A stretch of DNA of 42,546 nt from Candidatus Iainarchaeum sp. (GTDB lineage: Archaea; Iainarchaeota; Iainarchaeia; Iainarchaeales; JAZDDZ01). The notes beneath the pieces were generated by a model. It made no database searches. It saw only the letters and a program-made list of their open reading frames with translations, and was not told the origin of the DNA. Below are positions 32,414 to 41,888 of the stretch, piece after piece. Position 1 is the stretch's first letter. Every line of letters begins with the position of its first letter. Both the position numbers and the translations under genes were made by a program. Location of the stretch: NCBI GenBank assembly GCA_043809245.1, contig JAZDDZ010000044.1, positions 1-42,546 on the forward strand. Direction: 5' to 3'.

Positions 32414-35400
32414 TCACTCGCTTTTCGGAATTTTCTTCATTTGCGGCGCATTGTTTTTTTCGTTGTGTTTTTTCCAGTAAATGAAGATAATGCCGCCTGC
32501 AATGATTGCAAGCAGGGGATAGGCAGACAAGGGAACGCCCAGGCCGATTAAAGCGGTTGGCTGTTTTAGGGAGAGAAGAGCGGTTGCGGCTTGGGAGAAA
32601 GCAAGTGCCTTGAAGTAATCGCCCCCTTCAAGCTTTTTTTCGGCTTTTTCAAGAAAACTTTCAGCCTGCGAATTAGGCTCGGAATTATTCAGTTTAAGCG
32701 AAGCCATTGAATAGGCGGCAAAAGCCTCTTCCTTCAGGGAATCAATTGCAAGTGAGAGCTCATTGTCGAATGATTTTGCTTTTTCAAGCGCGGAATCAAG
32801 CTTTGGCTCGAAAGAGGCGGCTTTTTGCAGAGCTTCCTCGAATTTTTCGCTTTTGGAGAGGCGCTTGAATTCAGAGAACTGCTGTGCAAGAAGAGGATCG
32901 GAAAGGGATTCAATGGAAAGCGAGATTTTTTCCAGGCGCTCTTTGCTTATAGGGGAAACGAATTCAATTGACTGGAAGGAATCGCTTGCGAGGTCGTCAA
33001 ACATTCTCTGCAAGGACATTATTTTTGAGGGAATTGTTTTGCCTGAAAGCTCTTCAAGCAAGGCAATTTTTTGCAGGGCACTGCTTGTTTTGCTTTCAAG
33101 GAAATTTTCCGCGAAAGAATTGAGGTCTTCTGCGGCTGAATTAAGCGCGGCAAGGCTTTGCTTTGCATCAGGCATTTCCCCTGAGGAAATGTTTCGGGAA
33201 AAAAGTTCATCAAGGGAAAGAAAGTTTTCCTTCAACGAAGAATAATTTGCGTCATCCACGCCAAGTGACTCAAGGAGGCTGAAGGAATCCATTGCCGTCG
33301 CGGCAAGCGAATCCCTTGCCGAGAGAAGGATTTCCTGCGCGTTTTTTGGCTGAATTGAAGAGAGAATATTTTTTGCATCAAACAGCGCTGCAAGCGCTTC
33401 CTCGTTTTTTCCAGAGCTTTTCAACTGCTGTGCCTGTTCAAAAAAAGTTTGCACGGATGAGATTTTTTTCCTTAACTCAAGCGCATCCGCTGTGAAGCCA
33501 AGGGAGTTAAGCTCTTTCAGCTGCTGCTCTGCATTGCTTATTGCAGAGGAAACCTCAGAAGAAAGAAGGAATAACTTGGACTCAAGTTCTGCTGCGGAAG
33601 AGGCGCTTTGCTCAAGCAGCGAGGCATTTTTCAGCAGGCTGACTGCCTGCTCCACTTTCTGCCTATCGTTTTCATTGAAAACGCTTTCAAGAAGCGATAG
33701 CTCTGAAAGAAGGGCTGAGGCAGATGAGGCAAACTGCTGGTTAGGTGAAGAGGAAAGCAAGGACAGGCGCTGCCTTAAATCAAGAAAAAATGCGCGCCAA
33801 TAGGCTTCCTCGTTTTTTGCAGTGAAAGAGAAAATCAGGGCGGTTGATTGCATGGGCTGAAGCTGCGGCAGTTTAAAGGAAATTTTGCCTGGGGGAAGGA
33901 ATTCAAGCGCTATTTTTTTGCCGTCAGAGGAGAAAAGTGATGCGGCTTCCGGGTTTTCTGATTCAATTGGCGCCGGAATTGCGATACGCGTTTCATTCAG
34001 CTCGATTGGAAGAAGGTTTTTCAGGCGCAGAAGAAAAACGTATTCAAAGGAGTTTTCATCCAGCTGCTTTTTTGAGGAGAATTCAAATGAAAAATCAATC
34101 GGTTCCTGCAGGGAGAAAAATGCGCTGATTTTTTTGCCGCCTTTCACGTTTTCGAGAAGCAAGAAAAGGCTGCCGCCTTCAAGCGAGAAATTCGCGGGGG
34201 CGCATTCAACGAAAACCGAAACATCTCGGGGGATATCTGCGCTTCCTTTCAGTGAAAGGCTTGAAGCCACTTTCAGCTTGGGAATAAGTGCTTTTGCGTC
34301 AAGGCTGATTGTTTTCTCAAAGAAAGCGCTGGAGGAATCAATGAACAAAAGCGAGGTTTTTTCTGTTGTCTCCGCCAGCACTTCGTTCAAGTCGAAAACC
34401 GCGGCAGTAGGGCCCAATGGAACAGATGAAAGCTTTAGCGTGATTGCCTTGCCAGTGAGTTCTGCGGAGGAAATGTTTGGCGTGGAAAAGGAAAGCGTTT
34501 TCTCAGTTGCACTGGAGCTGAATGGAATGCTTAAATCAAGGGGAAAGGGAAAATCCGAGATTGGGTTTTCAAGCGAAAGCTTCAGGCGCGAGGAAACCTT
34601 TTTGTTTGCCTCAACTGTTTCCGTGGAAAAGAATTCCAGCAAAGCGTTCTTTTCAAGGAATGTTTTAAGGGAGCCGAGGAGGAGTGCGCTAGCCTCATCT
34701 AAGATTTTTTGCGAGCTTAATTCAAGTTCACGGAGCACTGGCGCGGCTACAGCGAAATCAAGCTTTCCTGCGGAGAAATACTTTTCCTGCAAAGAGATTT
34801 TTTCACGCAGGGAGTCAAGCCGGGAAGAAGAAACTGCTTCAGGGGAGATTTTCCGCAGGGAGTCAAGCTGTGCAAGAATTTCCTTTGATTTTGCAGCATT
34901 TGAAGCTATCGCTGCAGGGGCATCTTCCTGCATCAAAGCGTTTTCAACTGCCTGCTTCAAACTGATGCAAGCGTTTTTCAGGTAAATTGCGTCAGTGGGC
35001 TGCGCGCTCAAAGATTTTAGCTGCGAATAGTTCGCGCGAAAATCATTGATTGTCCCGTTTTGCGTGCCTGAAAAAATTTTATCCAATTGCGAGATGCATT
35101 CTTTTATGTCGCCGCCCAATTCAAGCTCGAATGAGACAAAATCTTTTTGCGCGCTTTCAAGTGACGCGAATTCCTCAACGAGAACGCTGCATTGGAGAAG
35201 CTTTTCCCTTTCTGTTTCGGCTTCATTGAAGCGGGAAAGCTTGAACCTTACCCTTGAGGCAAGGTTGAACACGGTTTCATTTGCTTCTGAGAAAGAAGAT
35301 GATTTCAGGCGCGCATCAATTTCCTTCGATTTCGCTGTGCAGAGCGCGGAAAGGCTGTTGATGCTTTCATTGTAAAGGAAATCAATGTTTTCCTTTAACG

Positions 35401-36613
35401 CGGCTGTTTCTGAAAAAATCTGCTTTAGCGAGGAAGTTGTTTCGCCAATGGTTGACGCACCCAAAAGTTCGTCCATTTCAGAGGAGTTAAAGCGGGAGGA
35501 AAGCTCAGCAAGTTTTTGCGATGAGTCCCGCTTAAGCGTTGAAATGTCGCGGAAACTGTAAACCGATGAAGAGATTGTTGCGTTTGACTGCTCGCCGAGA
35601 AGCGAGTAAAGCTTTGAAAGGAAATTCTGGTCAAAGGAAGAAAATGCCGCGGAATCAATTGAGGAGATGGTTTGGCTGAGCTCTGAGAAAAGAGATTGTG
35701 TTTTCTGCTTGAGTTCGCTATTCCGTTCAGAGAGCTGGCACCTGTGAAGCGCATCGGAGTTTAACAAATCCGAGAATTTTTTTGCAGCTGAATTTTGCGC
35801 GCCGATTATTGAATCAAGGGCAGAGAAAAGCCCGAAGGAAGGCAAGGATGAGAGTTTTTTCAAAGCAAGCTCGGGTTCCATCAAAACAGATAGAACTGAA
35901 ATCAGGGAATTGGACAAGGGAAGGAGAACCGGGAAAAAATAGCCGAAATTCCTTTGCTGGAGAAGGCGGTTTGCGGAAAGATTTTCAGCTGAATCAACGC
36001 CGGAAAGCAGTAGCGCAAGCTTTTGCGAGTTAACCCTAAGCGTTCCAGTGTAAGTGCCCGAATCCATTATTTCATTGCTTTTGAGCTCCGCAAGGTTTTC
36101 ATTTAATTCAACGAAATCGCTGAACAAGGGCTCTTCCTTTATCAGGTTAATTTCCTGCGATGAAAGCTCCGCGGTTTCAATTGCAATCGCGTTTGAGGAA
36201 AGCTCGGCCGCTGAATCCATTTCCCTGAAAGCATTTGAAGCGTTGAATGCAAGGCTGTTCACGAAAGGCGGAATTCCTGAAAGATCATTGGAGGCAAGGC
36301 ATGTTTCCCTGATTTTCTTCACATCCGAAAGGGCGAGGTTAAAGTAAAGCCAGGCGCGCGCCAAATGGTTCTGGTATTCAGCCAAAAGCCGCTGCAATGA
36401 AGGGGAAAAAAGTTCAGCATCAATTGGCAAAAGCTTCTGGAGCTTTGCAAAGCAGTCTTCCTGGGATTTGCATTCAGGTATAGAAGTCTGGGCATAAGAG
36501 GCCAGGGAAATACAGGCAAAGCGCTCCTCGTTTGAGGCAAACTTAAGGCAGCCGATTAAAAGGAAAAGTAAGCAAAACAGGGTTAAAAGCAGGTATTTCA
36601 TTGAAATCATCAA
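32414..36613 (-). CDS. Giant (1399 aa) Ser/Leu/Ala/Glu-rich predicted coiled-coil surface protein with N-terminal signal peptide and C-terminal TM anchor
   Basis: N-terminus MMISMKYLLLTLFCLLFLLIGC. C-terminus LSAYPLLAIIAGGIIFIYWKK. Long low-complexity helical-repeat-like sequence. Antisense ORFs inside are treated as shadows. Confidence 0.6.
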   Translation of the reverse strand: MMISMKYLLLTLFCLLFLLIGCLKFASNEERFACISLASYAQTSIPECKSQEDCFAKLQKLLPIDAELFSPSLQRLLAEYQNHLARAWLYFNLALSDVKKIRETCLASNDLSGIPPFVNSLAFNASNAFREMDSAAELSSNAIAIETAELSSQEINLIKEEPLFSDFVELNENLAELKSNEIMDSGTYTGTLRVNSQKLALLLSGVDSAENLSANRLLQQRNFGYFFPVLLPLSNSLISVLSVLMEPELALKKLSSLPSFGLFSALDSIIGAQNSAAKKFSDLLNSDALHRCQLSERNSELKQKTQSLFSELSQTISSIDSAAFSSFDQNFLSKLYSLLGEQSNATISSSVYSFRDISTLKRDSSQKLAELSSRFNSSEMDELLGASTIGETTSSLKQIFSETAALKENIDFLYNESINSLSALCTAKSKEIDARLKSSSFSEANETVFNLASRVRFKLSRFNEAETEREKLLQCSVLVEEFASLESAQKDFVSFELELGGDIKECISQLDKIFSGTQNGTINDFRANYSQLKSLSAQPTDAIYLKNACISLKQAVENALMQEDAPAAIASNAAKSKEILAQLDSLRKISPEAVSSSRLDSLREKISLQEKYFSAGKLDFAVAAPVLRELELSSQKILDEASALLLGSLKTFLEKNALLEFFSTETVEANKKVSSRLKLSLENPISDFPFPLDLSIPFSSSATEKTLSFSTPNISSAELTGKAITLKLSSVPLGPTAAVFDLNEVLAETTEKTSLLFIDSSSAFFEKTISLDAKALIPKLKVASSLSLKGSADIPRDVSVFVECAPANFSLEGGSLFLLLENVKGGKKISAFFSLQEPIDFSFEFSSKKQLDENSFEYVFLLRLKNLLPIELNETRIAIPAPIESENPEAASLFSSDGKKIALEFLPPGKISFKLPQLQPMQSTALIFSFTAKNEEAYWRAFFLDLRQRLSLLSSSPNQQFASSASALLSELSLLESVFNENDRQKVEQAVSLLKNASLLEQSASSAAELESKLFLLSSEVSSAISNAEQQLKELNSLGFTADALELRKKISSVQTFFEQAQQLKSSGKNEEALAALFDAKNILSSIQPKNAQEILLSARDSLAATAMDSFSLLESLGVDDANYSSLKENFLSLDELFSRNISSGEMPDAKQSLAALNSAAEDLNSFAENFLESKTSSALQKIALLEELSGKTIPSKIMSLQRMFDDLASDSFQSIEFVSPISKERLEKISLSIESLSDPLLAQQFSEFKRLSKSEKFEEALQKAASFEPKLDSALEKAKSFDNELSLAIDSLKEEAFAAYSMASLKLNNSEPNSQAESFLEKAEKKLEGGDYFKALAFSQAATALLSLKQPTALIGLGVPLSAYPLLAIIAGGIIFIYWKKHNEKNNAPQMKKIPKSE

Positions 36614-36647
36614 AAATTAAGGCAAAAAACAGTTTTTAATTATTTCG

Positions 36648-37007
36648 TTGATTGACGATATTATGGCGAATGAAGAAAATTTAAATTGTTATATACCTAT
36701 ATATAACTTATCTGGTGGCTTTATGGCTGAAGCTCAAATGAGAATCCTGCATTATCCTAGGCTTGACACAGTCCTTATGGTTGAGAAATTCATCAAGGAA
36801 AACAGCGGCGAATTCAAAAAACGCAAGCTCTGGGAGAGCCTCCCGAAAAAAACAATGTACCAGACTTACTGCGTGATAATAAACTATCTCTTTGAATCTG
36901 GAAAAATCGGAATGGACGGGGAAGGCCATATTGCATGGATTTGGAATCCTGAACTTGTGAAAAAATACGTAGACAGAAAGGATTTGGGCTGGAGGCCGGA
37001 AAAATGA
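36648..37007 (+). CDS. Hypothetical small protein (possible winged-helix; candidate antitoxin partner)
   Basis: 119-aa ORF. Alternative starts MANEEN (36663) or MAEAQ. Overlaps the downstream RelE-like ORF by 4 nt. Confidence 0.35.
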   Translation: MIDDIMANEENLNCYIPIYNLSGGFMAEAQMRILHYPRLDTVLMVEKFIKENSGEFKKRKLWESLPKKTMYQTYCVIINYLFESGKIGMDGEGHIAWIWNPELVKKYVDRKDLGWRPEK

Positions 37008-37342
37008 AGCTTCCTTCAAAGGTTAAATTCGCCGATGAAAAAGTCAAAAAAGCTTTTGTGGAATTAGAGCACTCGACAAGCGAGGACAAACAACTATACC
37101 TGGTTTTAAATGATGCATTTGTAGATATTGAAGGAAATGCCTTTGTCGGAATCCAGATCCCAAAAAAGCTCATTCCAAAAGAATACATCCTCAAATATGG
37201 CCTCGACAATTGCTGGAAATACAATCTTCCCAATGCTTGGAGGCTATTATACTCTGTTGCAAGGGAAGAAATATTAGTCGTCAGCATCATCATCGAATGG
37301 CAAAAGCACAAAAAATATGGAAGAAAATTTGGCTACAATTAA
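37004..37342 (+). CDS. RelE/ParE-fold toxin-like protein (weak similarity)
   Basis: Pattern ..AWRLLYSVAREEILVVSIIIEWQKHKKY at the C-terminus resembles the RelE/ParE ..YRxIYxVxxxxIxIxxIxHRKxxY ending. Size 112 aa. Translationally coupled to the upstream ORF. Confidence 0.35.
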   Translation: MKLPSKVKFADEKVKKAFVELEHSTSEDKQLYLVLNDAFVDIEGNAFVGIQIPKKLIPKEYILKYGLDNCWKYNLPNAWRLLYSVAREEILVVSIIIEWQKHKKYGRKFGYN

Positions 37343-37782
37343 ACCTTCAGCGGCGCCTCCTTTATCGTGTTCAAAATCATTTTTGTTTCAGTCCTTTCAA
37401 CAAAGTCAAGTGCCTGTATTTTTTTAAGGAAGGCGTCAAGCCCTTTGCGGGACTTAAATCGCGCGAGGACCACGGCGTCAAAGTGGCCTGTGACGTCAAA
37501 AACCGCGCAGACATTCGGGTTTGAGGCAATCTTTTTTTCAACCTCGAAAAGCTTTCCCTTTGAAACACGCATTTCAATCAATGCCTCAAATTCATAGCCG
37601 AGGCTTGTGTAATCAAGCAAAGCGCTGTAGCCTTTGATTGCGCCGTCCTTTTCAAGGCGCTTAACGTGGTTCAAAACAGTTGCAACCGAGCAGCCTGCCT
37701 TCTTTGCAATCTGGCGGAAAGACAGGCGGGAGTTCTCGAGCAGAATGTTAAGTATTTGGGAATCGCTTTTTGAAAGCTCCAA
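37339..37782 (-). CDS. lrp: Lrp/AsnC-family transcriptional regulator
   Basis: N-terminal HTH (..LSFRQIAKKAGCSVATVLNHVKRLEKDGAI..) plus a C-terminal RAM domain. Divergent from glnA. Confidence 0.85.
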   Translation of the reverse strand: MELSKSDSQILNILLENSRLSFRQIAKKAGCSVATVLNHVKRLEKDGAIKGYSALLDYTSLGYEFEALIEMRVSKGKLFEVEKKIASNPNVCAVFDVTGHFDAVVLARFKSRKGLDAFLKKIQALDFVERTETKMILNTIKEAPLKV

Positions 37783-37952
37783 AAAAACACCTCCAAATGT
37801 GTGAATTTATCAAATAAAACAAATCAAATGTGAACAATTGTTATTAAAAAAAGCTTTTTTAGCTGATTTTGTTCATCAAATGGCGGGAAAAGCTTTTATT
37901 TATGTTTGGGCATATTTTTTCACCTGATTGTATTTCACTAGGGGGTTGAATT

Positions 37953-39281
37953 TTGGAGGGAGAAAAGGAAGCGGTTCTGGAAAAAGCGAAAAAGGAAAAC
38001 ATTCAGCTCATAGAGCTGCAGTTCACTGACATTTTTGGCACGATTAAAAGCGTGACAATTCCAGTCGGAAAGCTGGAGGAATCCCTTGAAAGGGGAACAT
38101 GGTTTGACGGCTCCAGCATCCAGGGCTTCACAAGGATATGCGAAAGCGACATGTACCTCAAGCCCGACGCGTCAACCTATGCAGCGATTCCCTGGAAGCC
38201 TGGGAGCGCAAGGCTTATCTGTGATGTTTTTCTGCCTGACGGAAAGCCCTTTGAAGGCGACCCGAGGAGAATACTCAGGAATGCGTTGGAAGCTGCAAAG
38301 GCAATGGGCTTTGATTACATGGTTGGACCGGAACTTGAATTTTTCCTGTTTTTGAAAAAAGACGGAAGACCTGAACCTGCACCGCATGACTCAGGGGGAT
38401 ACTTTGATTTCGCGCCGAAAGACTTGGCGTCAGAGGTGAGAAAGGACATTATTTTTGCGCTGCAGAAAATGGGGCTGGAAATTGAAATGTCACACCACGA
38501 GGTTGCGCCGGGACAGCATGAAATAGACTTCAAGTACGGGGACGCGCTGCACACTGCAGACAATGCAATAACATTCAAGTATGCGACAAAGGCAATAGCG
38601 CAAATGCACGGATTGTATGCATCCTTCATGCCAAAGCCAATTTTCGGGATAAACGGTTCTGGCATGCACGTGCACCAGTCGCTTTGGAGCCAAGAAAAAA
38701 ACGCTTTTTTTGATGGGGAAAACGGAAAATACATGCTGAGTGAAACAGCAAGGCAATTCATTGCAGGGCAACTGCACCACGCAAGGGCGCTTGCTGCAAT
38801 CGTTGCGCCGACCGTGAACAGCTATAAAAGGCTTGTGCCAGGGTATGAGGCTCCTGTTTATTTGTGCTGGGGGCAGATTAACCGCTCAGCGCTGATAAGG
38901 ATTCCAAGCTATTCCAAGGGAAGGGATTATGCGGTTAGGGCTGAGCTGAGGTGCCCTGACCCAAGCGCAAACCCTTATCTTGCTTTTGCGGCAATGCTTT
39001 CTGCCGGCATTGATGGAATTAAAAAGAAAATGAAGCCCCCCGAGCCGGTTGAAGAGGATGTTTACGAGTTTGACGAGAAAAAACTGGATGAAATGAAGAT
39101 AGCCACTCTGCCAAGCTCGCTCAAAGAGGCGCTGCTGGAACTGAAAAAAGACGAGGCAATATTCAATTCGCTTGGAAAGCATTCAAAGCAAAAATACCTT
39201 GAGGCGAAAATGGCTGAATGGGACAGGTTCAGGATCGCGGTCACGGACTGGGAGCTTTCACAGTACTTTGAAATGCTTTGA
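37953..39281 (+). CDS. glnA: Glutamine synthetase type I
   Basis: ..IQLIELQFTDIFGTIKSVTIP.., ..GPELEFFLF.., ..MHVHQSLW.. GS-I signatures. 442 aa. TTG start. Confidence 0.9.
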   Translation: MEGEKEAVLEKAKKENIQLIELQFTDIFGTIKSVTIPVGKLEESLERGTWFDGSSIQGFTRICESDMYLKPDASTYAAIPWKPGSARLICDVFLPDGKPFEGDPRRILRNALEAAKAMGFDYMVGPELEFFLFLKKDGRPEPAPHDSGGYFDFAPKDLASEVRKDIIFALQKMGLEIEMSHHEVAPGQHEIDFKYGDALHTADNAITFKYATKAIAQMHGLYASFMPKPIFGINGSGMHVHQSLWSQEKNAFFDGENGKYMLSETARQFIAGQLHHARALAAIVAPTVNSYKRLVPGYEAPVYLCWGQINRSALIRIPSYSKGRDYAVRAELRCPDPSANPYLAFAAMLSAGIDGIKKKMKPPEPVEEDVYEFDEKKLDEMKIATLPSSLKEALLELKKDEAIFNSLGKHSKQKYLEAKMAEWDRFRIAVTDWELSQYFEML

Positions 39282-39352
39282 CATGGGCAAATAATGCGGT
39301 TCAGGAAAGCATTTTAATAACTTCAGCTGCAAATCTTAGCGGTGGGAATTGA

Positions 39353-40144
39353 ATGTTTTTCCTTGCATTGCTTGATGTTTTCCTTGTGCTGGTCTGGCTT
39401 TTCATAATTCTCATAATCCTCGCGGTTCTTGGCTTGAGGATAATCCAGCAGTATGAGACCTCGATTGTTTTCAGGCTGGGAAGGTATGCAAGGACCCTGT
39501 CGCCTGGAATGAATTTTATCATACCAATTCTGGAGTACACGCGAACCGTTGACATGAGAATCCTTACAATGGATATTCCCGATCAACAGGTCATTACAAA
39601 GGACAATGTTCCTGTGAGGATTAACGGAGTGGTTTACTTTAAAGTGGTGAACGCGGAAAACGCAATCATCAAGGTGCAGGACTATGTTTACGCGGTAAGC
39701 CAGTATGCGCAGACCGCGTTAAGGGATGTTGTTGGCGGAATGGACTTGGACCAGGTTTTGGCGGAAAGGGAAAAAATTGGCGTGGAAATTGAAAAAATTG
39801 TTGAAAAGGAAAGCCTTACCTGGGGAATTGAAGTTACGGCAATAAAATTGCAGGACATTGACATGCCCGAGGACTTGAAAAGGCTGATGTCAAGGCAGGC
39901 TTCAAGCGAAAGGGAGAAAAGGGCGACAATAATCAAGGCAGAGGGAGACTGGATTGCCGCGGAAAACCTGGCAAAGGCAGCCAAGATAATGTCCACAACA
40001 CCCGGGGCAATGCAGTTAAGGACACTGCAGACAGTTGACGGATTGGGGCCAACTGCCTCAAACACTGTTGTGATTGCTTTGCCATTGGAATTAATGGATG
40101 CAATCAAGGCATTCGGCGACGCGTACAAAAAAGTTAAAAAATAG
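39353..40144 (+). CDS. SPFH/band-7 (stomatin-like) membrane protein
   Basis: N-terminal TM, then ..YETSIVFRLGRY..VDMRILTMDIPDQQVITKDNVPVRINGVVYFKV.. typical of the stomatin/prohibitin family. Confidence 0.85.
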   Translation: MFFLALLDVFLVLVWLFIILIILAVLGLRIIQQYETSIVFRLGRYARTLSPGMNFIIPILEYTRTVDMRILTMDIPDQQVITKDNVPVRINGVVYFKVVNAENAIIKVQDYVYAVSQYAQTALRDVVGGMDLDQVLAEREKIGVEIEKIVEKESLTWGIEVTAIKLQDIDMPEDLKRLMSRQASSEREKRATIIKAEGDWIAAENLAKAAKIMSTTPGAMQLRTLQTVDGLGPTASNTVVIALPLELMDAIKAFGDAYKKVKK

Positions 40145-40182
40145 GGTTTTTAATCACTTCAACTTCTATTTTTTTAGATAAA

Positions 40183-40947
40183 ATGAAAGCGGAAGAGTTA
40201 AACCAGCTGATTGTAAAGGAAAAGTTTTTGATAGCCGCTGCGATTGCGGTGCTTTTCATAACGCTTTTCAGTGTGCTTGCGGGGTTTGTTCTTGCCGTGC
40301 TCCTGATTATGGCGGGAGTGGGATTAAAGGTCTGGAAGAAAAAAGAGTCAGCAGAGGAATTGGTTGAACAGAAAAACGCATTGCAGGAAGAGCTGTCGCT
40401 TGCGGAAAAAAAATTCATGACAAGAAAGCTTGACGAAAAGTCATACAATGAAATGAGGGAAGACCTGCAGAGAAAGCTAATATCGCTTGAAGCGCGCATA
40501 GAGGCAAGGAAAATGAGAAAAGAGTTCGGCAGGCTGTCGGAGGTAAAGGCAAAAAAACTGGAGCCAAAAAGAAGGCACAAATTAAACGACCTCCTGAATG
40601 AAAGTGAAATGCTGTTAAAGGAGCTGAGCATAGCGAACTCAAAATACCTTAAGCGAAAAATTGACGAGAAAACCTACAGGCAGCTTGCATCGGAAAAACA
40701 GAAAAGGCTTGTGGGAATAGAGGCGGAAATAAACCGCATTTACAGGCAGGAAGCAGCGGAAATAATGGGGGAAACGCAGAGAAAAATCGCCTTAAGCGAA
40801 GAGCAGAGAATAAAGGAAAAGGCAGAGGAAATAGTGGAAGACTTATTGGAGCAGGAAGAAGAGGCAGCGGGGCAGGGAAAAGAAACACGGGGAAAGCCCC
40901 AAATGCACGAGCACCAGCGAAGAACGCAGAGGGGAGCTGGAAAGTGA
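40183..40947 (+). CDS. Membrane protein with N-terminal TM helices and a long Lys/Glu-rich coiled-coil region
   Basis: Hydrophobic segment IAAAIAVLFITLFSVLAGFVLAVLLIMAGVGL followed by charged heptad-like sequence. Overlaps the next gene by 4 nt. Confidence 0.5.
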   Translation: MKAEELNQLIVKEKFLIAAAIAVLFITLFSVLAGFVLAVLLIMAGVGLKVWKKKESAEELVEQKNALQEELSLAEKKFMTRKLDEKSYNEMREDLQRKLISLEARIEARKMRKEFGRLSEVKAKKLEPKRRHKLNDLLNESEMLLKELSIANSKYLKRKIDEKTYRQLASEKQKRLVGIEAEINRIYRQEAAEIMGETQRKIALSEEQRIKEKAEEIVEDLLEQEEEAAGQGKETRGKPQMHEHQRRTQRGAGK

Positions 40948-41558
40948 AAGAGGCGGGGCTTTTTTCGCTTGAAGAAGGAAAAGAACTTGTTGAACTTGCA
41001 AGGAAAAGCATTGGCTACGCTATTGCATCAGGGGCGCTTTTAAGGGAAAAAACGCAGAAAAAAGAGTTCACGGAGAAAAGAGGCGCATTCGTTTCCCTTC
41101 ACACTTTTCCCGAACACGAATTAAGGGGATGTATAGGCTTTCCAGAGCCAATTGCCCCCTTGTGGAATGCGGTGATTGAATGCGCTGCCTCGGCTGCATT
41201 CAGCGACCCAAGGTTTCCTGCGCTTAAGGCAGCGGAGCTGGAGAAAGTCGTTGTCGAGGTATCGGTTCTGACAAAGCCAGAGGAAATCAAAAGCGCAAAG
41301 GAAGAAATGCCAAGCGAAGTTAAAATTGGGAAGGATGGATTGATTGCAAGGAAAGGCAATCGCTCCGGCTTGCTGTTGCCGCAAGTTGCCCCAGAATGGA
41401 AATGGGATTCAGGGCAGTTTTTGAGCGCGACCTGTGAAAAAGCCGGCTTGCCAAAAAACGCGTGGAGAGAAGAGGGCTGCAGAATTTTCAAGTTTAAGGC
41501 ACAGATTTTCCGCGAAGAACAGCCGAAAGGGGAAGTGTTAGAGGCAACGGAGCAGTGA
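40944..41558 (+). CDS. AMMECR1-domain protein
   Basis: ..RGAFVSLHTF..ELRGCIGFPEP..L..LPQV.. matches the AMMECR1 core (GAFVTL / LRGCIG motifs). Confidence 0.8.
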   Translation: MKEAGLFSLEEGKELVELARKSIGYAIASGALLREKTQKKEFTEKRGAFVSLHTFPEHELRGCIGFPEPIAPLWNAVIECAASAAFSDPRFPALKAAELEKVVVEVSVLTKPEEIKSAKEEMPSEVKIGKDGLIARKGNRSGLLLPQVAPEWKWDSGQFLSATCEKAGLPKNAWREEGCRIFKFKAQIFREEQPKGEVLEATEQ

Positions 41559-41565
41559 AAAAAAA

Positions 41566-41853
41566 TCAACTGCATTTTTGCGGGTCAATGTTTTCTTTCT
41601 GCATGCATTCAAGCAGGGAATTCACTTGGCTGTCCAATGCATGGTTTTTCAATTGCAGCGCGTTCATGTCCTTCACCAATTGCGTTGTGTAAAAAGCGGG
41701 TTCAATGAACTGGTGCGTGAGCATTCCACCTGCAAGCAAGCCAAGGCAAAACAAGGCGAGAATTGCGATGTTGCTCGCGCTTAACCCGCGCCCGCGCTTT
41801 TTACGCGAAGGGCGCTCATTGGATTCATCGTCTTCTTCATCGTTTCGCGCCAT
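41566..41853 (-). CDS. Small membrane protein (acidic/basic N-terminal tail, one TM, short coiled-coil)
   Basis: Likely start MARNDEEDDE.. TM NIAILALFCLGLLAGGML. Confidence 0.4.
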   Translation of the reverse strand: MARNDEEDDESNERPSRKKRGRGLSASNIAILALFCLGLLAGGMLTHQFIEPAFYTTQLVKDMNALQLKNHALDSQVNSLLECMQKENIDPQKCS

Positions 41854-41888
41854 AATGCACACCTAAAATAGATTGCAATCAATTGTTA

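Noticed and set aside
33885-34985. 366-aa ORF on the plus strand
   Set aside because: Entirely antisense within the 1399-aa gene. Low-complexity Ser/Ala-rich shadow of a Ser/Leu/Glu-rich gene. The same applies to 32763-33245, 36054-36347, 1269-2096, 5951-6487, 9159-9728 and similar antisense ORFs.
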